From: a virus
IMG/VR virus record: IMGVR_UViG_3300036884_000163
Coordinates: 8,950 to 72,949 of that record
Reading direction: 5' to 3' (one strand)
Length of the DNA stretch: 64,000 bases
Shown: positions 1-8,806 of the stretch, piece after piece
Numbering within the stretch: position 1 is the stretch's first letter
Layout: the number at the start of each line of letters is the position of its first letter
Program-made: the position numbers and the translations under genes
The notes under the pieces: generated by a model
The model's database searches: none
What the model was told of the DNA's origin: nothing
What the model saw: only the letters and a program-made list of their open reading frames with translations

Positions 1-7
1 AGGCACC

Positions 8-529
8 TTGAAACTCTACGACATACCGATGGAATTCGCTGAACTGGAACAATCCCTGCTGGAGTCCGAGGGCGAACTGAGTGCCGAACTGGAACTTCGT
101 TTTGACAACTTTCTGCGCGGCGGAAAAGACAAGATCGAAGCTGCGGCGATGGTGGTCAGGACGCTGGAAAGCGAGGCCGACGCCTGCAAGGCTGAAGCCG
201 CTCGTCTGTCGCAACGCCGAACCTCACTCGACAATAACGCGGATCGGCTCAAGAAAATGGTGCTGATCGCTCTGGACTCCGCCTTCTCGGGCAAGATCAA
301 GACAACGCTGTTCACGATTTGGGGCCAGACGTCGGCAGCACGGGTGAGCATCGACTTGGTACCTGGCGCAAGCTTGGAGGAGCTAAGAACCAGAGCACCA
401 GAGTACGTCCGCACGAAGTACGAGCTTGATAAGGACGCCATTGGAGCAGCCCACAACGACGGCAAGGTTCTGCCGGAAGACCTGATTGTTTCGGATGTTC
501 CTGGCACGCGCTTTCTGCGAATAAAGTGA
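8..529 (+). CDS. Siphovirus Gp157-family protein
   Basis: N-terminal MKLYDI, acidic helix, KDKIEAAA and coiled coil KAEAARLSQRRTSLDN, C-terminal LRIK: typical Gp157 layout. Confidence 0.8.
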   Translation: MKLYDIPMEFAELEQSLLESEGELSAELELRFDNFLRGGKDKIEAAAMVVRTLESEADACKAEAARLSQRRTSLDNNADRLKKMVLIALDSAFSGKIKTTLFTIWGQTSAARVSIDLVPGASLEELRTRAPEYVRTKYELDKDAIGAAHNDGKVLPEDLIVSDVPGTRFLRIK

Positions 530-625
530 TCCGAGAGCACGCAGGGTGCGCCCTGCGTCCTGGCCGTGGGATTGTAGTTTTCCTTACCGCGCTTAGAACG
601 CGGGCGGCCAGAACGGAGGGCACAG

Positions 626-874
626 ATGGAAACCAGCGAAGAAACAAAACCGAAATCAAGTTCGATGTTTGCGTGCGAACCGCAATATGACCGGGCCACG
701 CAAACTCTCACCCTGACGTTCGCCAAGGGTGGGGCGTACACCTTTCCGAACTTCGACCCCGAGAACGCCGCGGAATTCATCGCAGCAGACTCGTGGGGCA
801 AGTGGTATCACGCCCACAAGGGACTGTTCACGAACGGTGTCAATCGACTTTCCTCCGGCCAAACCGCCTCCTAG
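626..874 (+). CDS. KTSC domain protein
   Basis: SS...YDRATQTLTLTF.KGG.Y.F...FIAADSWGKWY matches the KTSC pattern; GGAGG RBS upstream. Confidence 0.75.
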   Translation: METSEETKPKSSSMFACEPQYDRATQTLTLTFAKGGAYTFPNFDPENAAEFIAADSWGKWYHAHKGLFTNGVNRLSSGQTAS

Positions 875-981
875 CTAAGCCGGAGGGGCCGGGCGGGTGC
901 GACATGACGCTCTGAGAGGCATCGTGGGGCGCACCCACCCGGAATTGTAAGAGCAGGTCAAGCCACGAACAGGAGAGCACG

Positions 982-1371
982 GTGCATCTAAAACGTAATG
1001 AAAGATGCCCCATCCACAATGGGCGCCGAGACTGTTGCGGACGGTCCGAGTTTAACCGCTATCGGCAAGTATCCAAAGTGCCGCGCGGATGGACACAGAT
1101 TTCTCCTGGAGTCAGGCGGTTCGCTGACGGGAGAGAAAAGCGGTCTCCGGCCGCCATGCGGAAGCTGCTGATGATGAAGGTCAAAGAGCAAATGGCAGTT
1201 TGCCCGCTTTGCGAATTGCCCTTCACGGACATGTTTGAAATCGTGCCCGATCACCGCGAACCTCGCGGGATGGGCGGCTCCATGCGCGACGATTCGCCTA
1301 AGAATATCCAAGCCACGCACGCACTCTGCAATTTGATAAAGGCAAGTCGGAGGTTGCCTGTCGATGCCTAA
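982..1371 (+). CDS. HNH endonuclease
   Basis: CPLC...DHREPRGMGG...NIQATHALCN. Confidence 0.75.
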   Translation: MHLKRNERCPIHNGRRDCCGRSEFNRYRQVSKVPRGWTQISPGVRRFADGREKRSPAAMRKLLMMKVKEQMAVCPLCELPFTDMFEIVPDHREPRGMGGSMRDDSPKNIQATHALCNLIKASRRLPVDA

Positions 1372-1933
1372 AGGAAAGACGAATCATTGTTCGACGTGCG
1401 GATCACTTTGCGATTCCCGCGTGCAGAATTGTAGGCAGTGTAGCGATGTGCTTCGGGTTAAAGATCCAAAGGCCCGACTCATGGCGAAGATTTCAACCGA
1501 CCCGCTGTCGGGATGCTGGAACTTCACGGGGTTCAGATTGCCGAAAGGATACGGTCGAATTCTGGGATTGATCCAAGGGCGCGTAGAACTAGCGCACCGA
1601 GTATCGTGGGTGGTTCATCATGGGCCCATCCCCGAAGGAGTCTGCGTTTGCCATAAATGCGACAACCCGAAGTGCGTAAATCCCGAGCATTTGTTTCTTG
1701 GAACCAGCGCGGAGAATTTATCAGATATGGATAGAAAAGGCCGACGCGTGAACCATACCGCATCTCCACAGACGCGCAATGCAAACCATTGGAAAGCCTA
1801 CCTGAGTGTCGAACAAATTGCTGCGATACGCAGCCGCGCCAGTGAACCTCGCAAGAAACTCGCAGTTGAGTTTGGAACATCGCCTCCCTACATCAGTGCA
1901 ATCATCTGCGGAAGAAAGAGGAAATACGCATGA
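1364..1933 (+). CDS. HNH homing-type endonuclease
   Basis: CWNF..GYG..AHRVSW..HKCDNPKCVNPEHLFLGT..EN..DM, plus a C-terminal HTH. Confidence 0.9.
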   Translation: MPKGKTNHCSTCGSLCDSRVQNCRQCSDVLRVKDPKARLMAKISTDPLSGCWNFTGFRLPKGYGRILGLIQGRVELAHRVSWVVHHGPIPEGVCVCHKCDNPKCVNPEHLFLGTSAENLSDMDRKGRRVNHTASPQTRNANHWKAYLSVEQIAAIRSRASEPRKKLAVEFGTSPPYISAIICGRKRKYA

Positions 1934-2184
1934 TGCCAGACCCCCACAACGATCTCACGCCAGAAGAAGACGAACAGTGGACATTGGTAGCTGACGAAAA
2001 GCCGCCAAGTGGTAGGAATGTCCTGCTTGCCTTTGAGGAGCATTGGAATCCAGTCGTTGGATTTTACTGCTGCCTCAATGAATTTTTCGAGACAAGTGCC
2101 CATGATCACAATTCGCGCATTGTCGGAAAGGGGCCGAAATGGTGGATGAGTATTCCAAGAGTTCCGCACCACGGCAAAAGCTGA
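1930..2184 (+). CDS. DUF551-like small phage protein
   Basis: WTLVADEKPP..VLL...KWWMSIPRVP pattern; ATGA overlap with the upstream gene. Confidence 0.6.
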   Translation: MMPDPHNDLTPEEDEQWTLVADEKPPSGRNVLLAFEEHWNPVVGFYCCLNEFFETSAHDHNSRIVGKGPKWWMSIPRVPHHGKS

Positions 2185-2343
2185 CGGACGAGGACGCGAC
2201 CTTCTTCGCCCGAATGAAGCGCGACCGTGATCTGAAAGTGATGTCAACCATAGAAGACAGAGACATTTTGGTTAGGATTATTGAGGACATGATTCGATAG
2301 GGCAAGCTGTGAACTACTCACATACCCAGGGGGCAGGACAAAA

Positions 2344-2562
2344 ATGAAGAATCCGCCAGACTTCGTGATGTATGTCGTGATGGTCAAGGCGCCAGGTTCG
2401 GACAAGTTTGATCCGTGCTGGGGAGAATGGGCTGAATTCGGCCATGGCGTACATGCAAAGGGATTCGCTCGGAAGCTAGACGCTGTTAGTGAATGCAAGG
2501 TATTTCGCGTTCGGTACGGCAAAAAGAACGCTTACGTTCAGCAGTACGGCCCAATTTCTTGA
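2344..2562 (+). CDS. hypothetical phage protein
   Basis: ORF with AGGA RBS in the + strand early gene run. Confidence 0.55.
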   Translation: MKNPPDFVMYVVMVKAPGSDKFDPCWGEWAEFGHGVHAKGFARKLDAVSECKVFRVRYGKKNAYVQQYGPIS

Positions 2563-2635
2563 AGAGCTGATTCGATAAGTTCCCGGCTCTCGCCGGGCAA
2601 AGGAGCAAGGAGGTACACAGGAGAGGAGAACGGGA

Positions 2636-2836
2636 ATGGTTCAGATTCGCCTGCTTAAAATGATTCGAAGCGATTTTCCATTTGGGCGGATAGCGGTTGC
2701 CAAAGCCGGTATCTACGATGCAGAGATGAATCAGTATGGAGCATTGAGCGTTCGCGACTGCAACGGAGACTTGCTGGGAGTGAAGCCAGGAGAATTTGAA
2801 TTTATCGGAGAACCTCCCGAACAGTGGAAAACGTAG
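2636..2836 (+). CDS. hypothetical phage protein
   Basis: GAGGAG RBS; C-terminal LGVKPGEFEF. Confidence 0.6.
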   Translation: MVQIRLLKMIRSDFPFGRIAVAKAGIYDAEMNQYGALSVRDCNGDLLGVKPGEFEFIGEPPEQWKT

Positions 2837-2950
2837 TTCATGCCACAGGAGCGGGCTTGGCCCGGAAAGGAAGAAGGTATGGAAAGAAGTGAAGGGGTTG
2901 CTGTATTGTTTGTACTGAGAGAAATTTTATGAGAAGGGGTAGGAGGAAGT

Positions 2951-3139
2951 ATGGCGAAAAGCGAGAAACAGAAACAGTTCGATACGAACTGCCCGATTTC
3001 GGAGGTAACTGCGGACGGTACTCCCTGTGGCCGTTGCTGGTACTGGTGTCGTGATGGGATTTGTCCGCGACACGGTGACGTGAAAGAGGCCATTACAAAG
3101 CACCTAGAGACCGGAAAATTGACCTGGGAGGAAGCATGA
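2951..3139 (+). CDS. small Cys/His-rich hypothetical protein
   Basis: AGGAGG RBS; CGRC..C..CPRH. Confidence 0.6.
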   Translation: MAKSEKQKQFDTNCPISEVTADGTPCGRCWYWCRDGICPRHGDVKEAITKHLETGKLTWEEA

Positions 3140-3330
3140 CCAAAGATCTGGTCAAAAGGAAACCAGTACGCGGCGAGACGTGGGAAGGTAGTTACGAATC
3201 CGCCTTAAAAGTACAGATTATGGCCTGCGTGGATGGCTATGTGGTGGCGCGCTACAAGGATTACCAGCCGTCGGTACGGTCCATCGATGAGTTTATGCGA
3301 CATTTCACGTATAGCGAGCCATCCCGGTGA
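3136..3330 (+). CDS. hypothetical phage protein
   Basis: ATGA-coupled ORF. Confidence 0.55.
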   Translation: MTKDLVKRKPVRGETWEGSYESALKVQIMACVDGYVVARYKDYQPSVRSIDEFMRHFTYSEPSR

Positions 3331-3596
3331 CCAAAGATCGGCTCAAGGCGACAGGCGAAGCAGCATTCGGGGCATTCATGGCGAAGGAATACCCATTTAC
3401 GAGCTACGGCCGGACGCTGCAATTCAACACAATTTGGCAAGCCGCTTACTCAGCCGGACGCTCCGCCGAGTACGAGACCGCGATGGAGTGCTTGCGGGAT
3501 TTATTACAGGCTTACAAGTGTGATGCCGCCACAAGAGACGACTTTTACAGCGAACTTTGCAGTCGAGCCGAGAAGCTTCTGGAGGACAAGTCATGA
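3327..3596 (+). CDS. hypothetical phage protein (WQAA motif)
   Basis: GTGA-coupled ORF. Confidence 0.55.
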   Translation: MTKDRLKATGEAAFGAFMAKEYPFTSYGRTLQFNTIWQAAYSAGRSAEYETAMECLRDLLQAYKCDAATRDDFYSELCSRAEKLLEDKS

Positions 3597-3774
3597 CGGT
3601 TTGGAAAATTACAGGACGATTCCCCTCACATTGTGGAACGCCTGCACATAATGCGGAGAACCTGGTACTTACTGAGTCGATAAGCCAAGCGATTGCTGCC
3701 TATCGGAATCATTATGCCCATGCTGAAATAGTCAAGATTGAACAGTTAGGAAAGCTTCTGGAGGACAAGTCATG
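3573..3774 (+). repeat. 23-bp direct repeat AAGCTTCTGGAGGACAAGTCATG (3573-3595 and 3752-3774)
   Basis: Exact duplicate read from the sequence; contains an RBS and ATG. Confidence 0.9.
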
Positions 3775-3787
3775 GCAGACTGCTTAA
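3593..3787 (+). CDS. hypothetical phage protein flanked by direct repeats
   Basis: GGAGG RBS, ATGA coupling, start MTVWKITG. Confidence 0.55.
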   Translation: MTVWKITGRFPSHCGTPAHNAENLVLTESISQAIAAYRNHYAHAEIVKIEQLGKLLEDKSWQTA

Positions 3788-3891
3788 GTGTTGAGGCGGT
3801 GACGGAGGTGATTATGCATTTGACACAGACACTTAGTCGTTACACACTTGTAGCTGCCGTGACAGGGCTTTACAATGGTGTCTTAGTTTGC

Positions 3892-4800
3892 CTATTCTCT
3901 GTCGTTGTCTGCGCGCTGACCTCCGGTACACATAACCCATGTTTCATTCGCTCCCATGAGATAGCAAAAAGTGAACCAATGCGAATGATTGAAAACGTCA
4001 TAATAGGTCACTCGGCCATGGACGTAGATTGTTTGACTGCCGCTCGTGACCGCGTCGTATTCATCCTGAGTCAGAGGGCATATGAATTTAGCAAGAATTT
4101 GGCCAGTATTCGTGTTTACCTCGCTGCACATCGTGAGAATCGGACTGTTGTAGATTTCGACATTGGGAAGTATTATGCCGCTCGCCATTGCGACCTGTGC
4201 GTCCCTTTCAAGTCGAGGCTTCTGCCCCTTCAGACGAGGCTCAATGAAGATTCCGGTGTACGTATTTCTGGCTGGGGTCTTGCCGAGATTTTTGATACCT
4301 ACAGTCACGGTGAAGGGCTCGCCCACGGCGAATTTGCTGACGCTTTTTATAGAGCCGAGACTGATCCAAGCCCGTTGATCTACCCGCATTTGCGTCTTGA
4401 TGGCGTCCGCACTGTCTTGAGCCGCTTTCGCCTGTTGTCGAGCTATCGTCAATTGGCTGTCAACTTTTCTAGCCGATTCGACGGAATCAGACGCAGCCTG
4501 CTTGGCTTGGGAGTTAAGGATTTTCGTTTGAGCCTGCATTTCCTTGAACTGGCGATGGAAAATCTTGGCGGTGTAGACGCCTACAGCAAACAAAAAAAGG
4601 GTGATCCATACCATGTGCCAAGCAGGGTTCTTGAACCATGGATCGGGACGCTCTGGATCTGCATTGGCTTGGTTTTGGATTTCGTTGCTATGTGGCTGCT
4701 TTGGATCAGGAGCAATGCGAGCAAGAATGGGTGGGAGTGGTTTGCCTGCGTTGCTCTGGCGTTCTTGATTCTCGCGATCAGTCTTTTCCCTATCACCCAT
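3892..4800 (-). CDS. single-pass membrane protein with coiled coil (moron-like)
   Basis: TM segment WHMVWITLFLFAVGVYT, then Q/A-rich coil and QRAWISL; TGGTACAAT extended -10 on the minus strand near 4838-4846. Confidence 0.65.
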   Translation of the reverse strand: MGDREKTDRENQERQSNAGKPLPPILARIAPDPKQPHSNEIQNQANADPERPDPWFKNPAWHMVWITLFLFAVGVYTAKIFHRQFKEMQAQTKILNSQAKQAASDSVESARKVDSQLTIARQQAKAAQDSADAIKTQMRVDQRAWISLGSIKSVSKFAVGEPFTVTVGIKNLGKTPARNTYTGIFIEPRLKGQKPRLERDAQVAMASGIILPNVEIYNSPILTMCSEVNTNTGQILAKFICPLTQDEYDAVTSGSQTIYVHGRVTYYDVFNHSHWFTFCYLMGANETWVMCTGGQRADNDRE

Positions 4801-5083
4801 GGAACGGACCTCCTTGGAATCTAGGGGGAAGGCGAGGATTGTACCACCGGCGAAGGGGAAAGTGCCGCGGGTGCCGCGGGTCGGATTGGTTACCGACCGT
4901 CCCGTGAAATTCCCAGATTATTAGGGCCGCGCAGAGCGTGATGGTTATACGGCCTTATATCCCGGAACTCCCCTTCCCGCGTGGAAGAACGCCGCGCCCA
5001 GCGCGAATGTTATATGCCTCCCGTTTCGTTGGCTGGGGAGCGAGATTTTTGTTACGAAAACCGAACAGGGGAAAAGCGATTAT

Positions 5084-5419
5084 TTGGACTTGTGCGGGAC
5101 GGGTTCCGAGCGGATCAGTTTCCCCAGCACCTTATCGGTGACGGACCCAGCAGAACAGCGAGCGCGGCGTGAGTTTGAGAAGTACGCGATAGGCCGGGGT
5201 TGGAAGGTGCAGCTCGGAATAGACGGCTCTACTTATGCGAATGCCATGATTCGTCTTCGCTGGAAAGAATGGCAAGCGTGCTGGCAAGCCGCCTCCGCAG
5301 AGGCCGTCAAGTCGTGGAGAGAGTGCCTGCAACGATTTTTTGCAGTCAACTGCGACGAAGAATATCAGCTTTGGCGGGTCGAGGCCGAAGCGTTGCTGAA
5401 GTATGGAGGCGGACAATGA
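5084..5419 (+). CDS. hypothetical phage protein (EFEK...WQAA motif); start uncertain
   Basis: ORF coupled to the next gene. Confidence 0.5.
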   Translation: MDLCGTGSERISFPSTLSVTDPAEQRARREFEKYAIGRGWKVQLGIDGSTYANAMIRLRWKEWQACWQAASAEAVKSWRECLQRFFAVNCDEEYQLWRVEAEALLKYGGGQ

Positions 5420-5937
5420 CAGAAAAGAAACCTGATGCCGGGATGGTCGGAGAGACAGCGGAGCCAGTATCCGAATATACCAAGGCACTGCGAATACGCA
5501 TGGGCCAGTGCACGCAGTGCGGAGAGATGCCCGATGAATGCGGCTGTAAGCCAGCGGGGACGCCGGGGATGACAGCGCGGGAGTTGTTCGAGAAGTGGAT
5601 ACGAGAAGAAGCGCGCAGTTATTCTCTGATTCCTGCCGATCCTGAATGCGGAACATATAAAGCACGAGACACTGATGCGCTATGGAAAGCTTGGCAAGCG
5701 GCCTCTCAGTCAGCCGTCGATCCCCGGATAGCCGAGCAACTCCGCTCCGCCCGCCAGGAGAAAAATCAAAAAGAAGTAGAGTACGAAAAGTTGCGGAAAG
5801 CCTTCTATCTCATGGCAGACACAAAGGAAGCTAAACTAGCGGCATCCCAGAAAGAAGTGGCGCGACTCCAGCGTTTGCTCGGAGAAAAGTGTGATAGAGA
5901 GCAAGACTTATTAAACCGCATGAGGCCCTCACTGTGA
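5416..5937 (+). CDS. hypothetical phage protein with CxxC and coiled coil
   Basis: GGAGG RBS, ATGA coupling; CTQCG..ECGC; LFEKW...WKAWQAA. Confidence 0.6.
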   Translation: MTEKKPDAGMVGETAEPVSEYTKALRIRMGQCTQCGEMPDECGCKPAGTPGMTARELFEKWIREEARSYSLIPADPECGTYKARDTDALWKAWQAASQSAVDPRIAEQLRSARQEKNQKEVEYEKLRKAFYLMADTKEAKLAASQKEVARLQRLLGEKCDREQDLLNRMRPSL

Positions 5938-6200
5938 AGATAGATAATTCAATGATGTCCGCCTTCTTTGTCTGCCCGTGGTACTACTTCGAGAAGTACG
6001 AAGCGAAGATTGAGCGGATTAGAAAGACGGATGCGCTATCCTTCGGTAAGAGGATGCATAAACTCCTCGAAGCGCGGCTCCGCGAGATACAAACGACCGT
6101 GATTGTCGAAGACGGACAGAAAATGTCTGAGTTGGATGTGGTCGATGAGGCCATTAACGATCCCGGATCAGATCTTGTCGATTGGGATGTAACGCCATGA
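5934..6200 (+). pseudogene. truncated PD-(D/E)XK (RecB/Cas4-like) nuclease N-terminus
   Basis: IDNSMMSAFFVCPWYY...ALSFGKRMHKLLE is a typical N-terminus; no catalytic D..DxK motif in the 88 aa. Confidence 0.5.
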
Positions 6201-6339
6201 CCGAGCAAGCAAAGCAGGAGCGGTGTCCAAATCATTGCGACAACGACCGCGTTTATGGTGGGAAATTTGGATTCGCGGTGTGTACATGGCCAGAGCACGG
6301 AGCCAGAGGCAGGAACTCTGTAAGATTTCCTGACGATTT

Positions 6340-8040
6340 TTAGCGCCGCGACTTCTCCCATGCCTCGATTCTCCGTCTGGCAGCACTGCCTCCGCTGTAT
6401 GAGGATGGCCTGCCGCGCTGTTCTTCCTCTTCCTTAATTTTTCCCGCGTGGAACATGGCTGCAGTCGGATCGGTCTTCCACTGCTTTTCGATCCGCTCCT
6501 GAATTCTGACTTGCACCGGCGCCGTCACTCCCCGGTGGGTCTCGAACGAATAGTAGAGATACCTGACGCAATCGTAAATGTCGTCAATGGGGTCGCCGCT
6601 AATTTTTAGTACGTCGTTCTCTTTTTTCGGATCGTGGATCCTCGACTCGAACACTTCGATGGTTTGCTTGCAGTTCTCGCAGATAATCAGTTCTCCGGTT
6701 TCGAGACCGGTGTAGAGCTTCATGGCCCCGCCTTGGCGGTCGTTGCTGGCGGGACTGAAGTTGACTCCGTAAGGTCGGAGCACACTGTTCATCTGGCCGG
6801 CTAGAGTATCGGGATGGCCCTCCTCCGAGAAAGAGTCTGGCGAGAGATACCAGGGTTGCCAGCGGCGCTCGATAGGCTTCTTGTCTTCGTCCAGCACCCA
6901 GCGTTCGAGCAGCATCTTGGCAAAGTTTGCGGCGGTTTCCTGGCAGCCAAACTCGTCTACGACCGCGACCCGTCCCCGTGGCCATCCGGGAGATGGCGGA
7001 ATATGAACCGCTTCGTGAGCAGCCCCAATTGATATAGAAAATCCATAATCTGAGGCGCACCATCTCGGCCACCACCACTGCTCGTTCAGCACTCGCCGCG
7101 GGACCACCATCGGGCCGAAGCCCGGCGCGATCTTCATGGCTTCATCCCAGTCCATGCCCGGACGCATCCCACGCTGCGCGTCCCAGAGATCAAAATACTG
7201 ACCCTCAAATATCTTCCAGCAGCCAGCGAGCAAAGCCTTGGACGTGGCCGCCGACTGCATCTTGAGTTTGGCTAGGTAGGATGCGGGATAGAGTGAGTGA
7301 TCCCGGACGTTCGACAGGATGTAGGAGATTGACAGGCGTTCAATGCGTCCGTCTCCAAGGTCAATCGCAAGTTTCTGACCATCCGAAGGCCATTTTCCAT
7401 CGTAACGCAGCACTCCTTGCGGTGGAGCATTCTGCGGTTCGCAGTGCGGACACACTCCACCCAGGAACAACTTCATGTGCCAGGTGTGGCCTATGTTCCC
7501 AGGATTTGTGCCCAGCCGGATGCGCGTCTTGAGGTTGGGATCTGTCGAGCGGCTCCTGGTGACCAGGTACCTGACCATCTTCTCTGGCCAGTGTGTCGAT
7601 TCGTCGATCGCCAACGCACTCATGGCGTGGCCTTGGTAGGGATAGACGTTTTTTTCGTGCTGGGCGTGCCGGAAATAGAATTCTGCTCCGGAGGGCCACT
7701 TCCAGGTATGGGAACTGGAGTTGTACGTTGCCCCGGTCTGGGAGAATATCTTATGGCTCTGGTCAATGGCACCGTCGCCACCTTCCAGTTCTGCATAGGT
7801 GCGGCGGAAGAAGTACGAGCGCATGCTGGGGTAATCGCGCTCCTGGATGAGGTCTACAAGCATCGTGGAGGTCTTCAGCGAGCCTGCGGCACCGCCAAGT
7901 AGGAGAATGTCCGCCGGACAGTCCAGCGCGTCCTTCTGGGCCTTCGTAGCGGGCAGCCAGCGCCTTACTGGATCAGGTAGGACTTGGACATCGCTCGCGG
8001 GGAGGGGTGGAAGAATCTCTTGTTCGCGGGGACGGATCAT
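6340..8040 (-). CDS. terL: terminase large subunit
   Basis: Walker A-like GGAAGSLKT, Walker B LAIDE, coupling motif GTNPG, nuclease SDYG and DDIYDCVRY. Confidence 0.92.
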   Translation of the reverse strand: MIRPREQEILPPLPASDVQVLPDPVRRWLPATKAQKDALDCPADILLLGGAAGSLKTSTMLVDLIQERDYPSMRSYFFRRTYAELEGGDGAIDQSHKIFSQTGATYNSSSHTWKWPSGAEFYFRHAQHEKNVYPYQGHAMSALAIDESTHWPEKMVRYLVTRSRSTDPNLKTRIRLGTNPGNIGHTWHMKLFLGGVCPHCEPQNAPPQGVLRYDGKWPSDGQKLAIDLGDGRIERLSISYILSNVRDHSLYPASYLAKLKMQSAATSKALLAGCWKIFEGQYFDLWDAQRGMRPGMDWDEAMKIAPGFGPMVVPRRVLNEQWWWPRWCASDYGFSISIGAAHEAVHIPPSPGWPRGRVAVVDEFGCQETAANFAKMLLERWVLDEDKKPIERRWQPWYLSPDSFSEEGHPDTLAGQMNSVLRPYGVNFSPASNDRQGGAMKLYTGLETGELIICENCKQTIEVFESRIHDPKKENDVLKISGDPIDDIYDCVRYLYYSFETHRGVTAPVQVRIQERIEKQWKTDPTAAMFHAGKIKEEEEQRGRPSSYSGGSAARRRIEAWEKSRR

Positions 8041-8675
8041 TTGGCGGGTGCGCTCTTGAGGTATTTCTGCTCCAACTGTCCGGACATCTTCCGCTTGTTC
8101 TCAATCATCCACTGCGATTCGTAGACCTGTAGGGCGGTTACGGCCGGCTGTCCTGCCATGGCTGCCGCCTGAGCGCTGGCATTGATGACCGTGCCCTTGG
8201 GCTGTACCAGCCCAACCGCTTCCATGCCATCGCGCAGTAGGTTGCGGACGTCGGCATCGCCGCGGTGCTCATGGGTGGTCATGGTACTCATGCGGTGCCG
8301 GTATTCTCCGTGAACGAACAGGGCGAGGTCTTGGCCGAGATTATTCAGGACTTCCGTGCGCTCAGTTGCGGCCGCCGCGGTGCGTTGCAAGACGTCTGCC
8401 TTGAACTTCTCTTTCATTTCCTCAATCGTCTTGAGGACAAGTTCGCGGCGTTCGATGCCATAGCCCTGATGGATTGGCAGGCCAGCATAGCGGCAGGCGT
8501 CCGCGATGTACGCGCCTTGGGCGCGCCACGAGCAGTATTCAAGTTCTGGGATAGAGAGAGCGGTTTTTGGCTGTTTATCACCGCGCTTGAGGTGGGTAGG
8601 GTGTTTCTTGCGGACAAGATTCTGGGGATTGCCTTGACGCGGAGATTTGGCGGGCTGTTGGGTGGGTTCAGACAT
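8037..8675 (-). CDS. probable terminase small subunit
   Basis: Overlaps the TerL start; N-terminal HTH-like segment followed by helices. Confidence 0.55.
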   Translation of the reverse strand: MSEPTQQPAKSPRQGNPQNLVRKKHPTHLKRGDKQPKTALSIPELEYCSWRAQGAYIADACRYAGLPIHQGYGIERRELVLKTIEEMKEKFKADVLQRTAAAATERTEVLNNLGQDLALFVHGEYRHRMSTMTTHEHRGDADVRNLLRDGMEAVGLVQPKGTVINASAQAAAMAGQPAVTALQVYESQWMIENKRKMSGQLEQKYLKSAPAK

Positions 8676-8806
8676 TTCGTCGCCGCCGCTGGTTCGGGCG
8701 GTTACAGCTTACTTCCCGGTGATTCAGGTGCGATCAGAGGGAAGGTGCGGCAACGACTTTACTGAGTTTCTCCAACCTCTTCCGGCTCTTCAACCGGCCG
8801 AGCCCA

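Noticed and set aside
889-960. TPP riboswitch (GGGTGC...CTGAGA...GCACCC)
   Set aside because: The conserved 3' half (ACCTGAT...TAAT...GCG.AGG) is not convincingly present and no thiamine gene follows
3772-4824. 350-aa + strand ORF starting at the repeat's ATG
   Set aside because: Antisense shadow of the minus-strand membrane gene; composition is not protein-like
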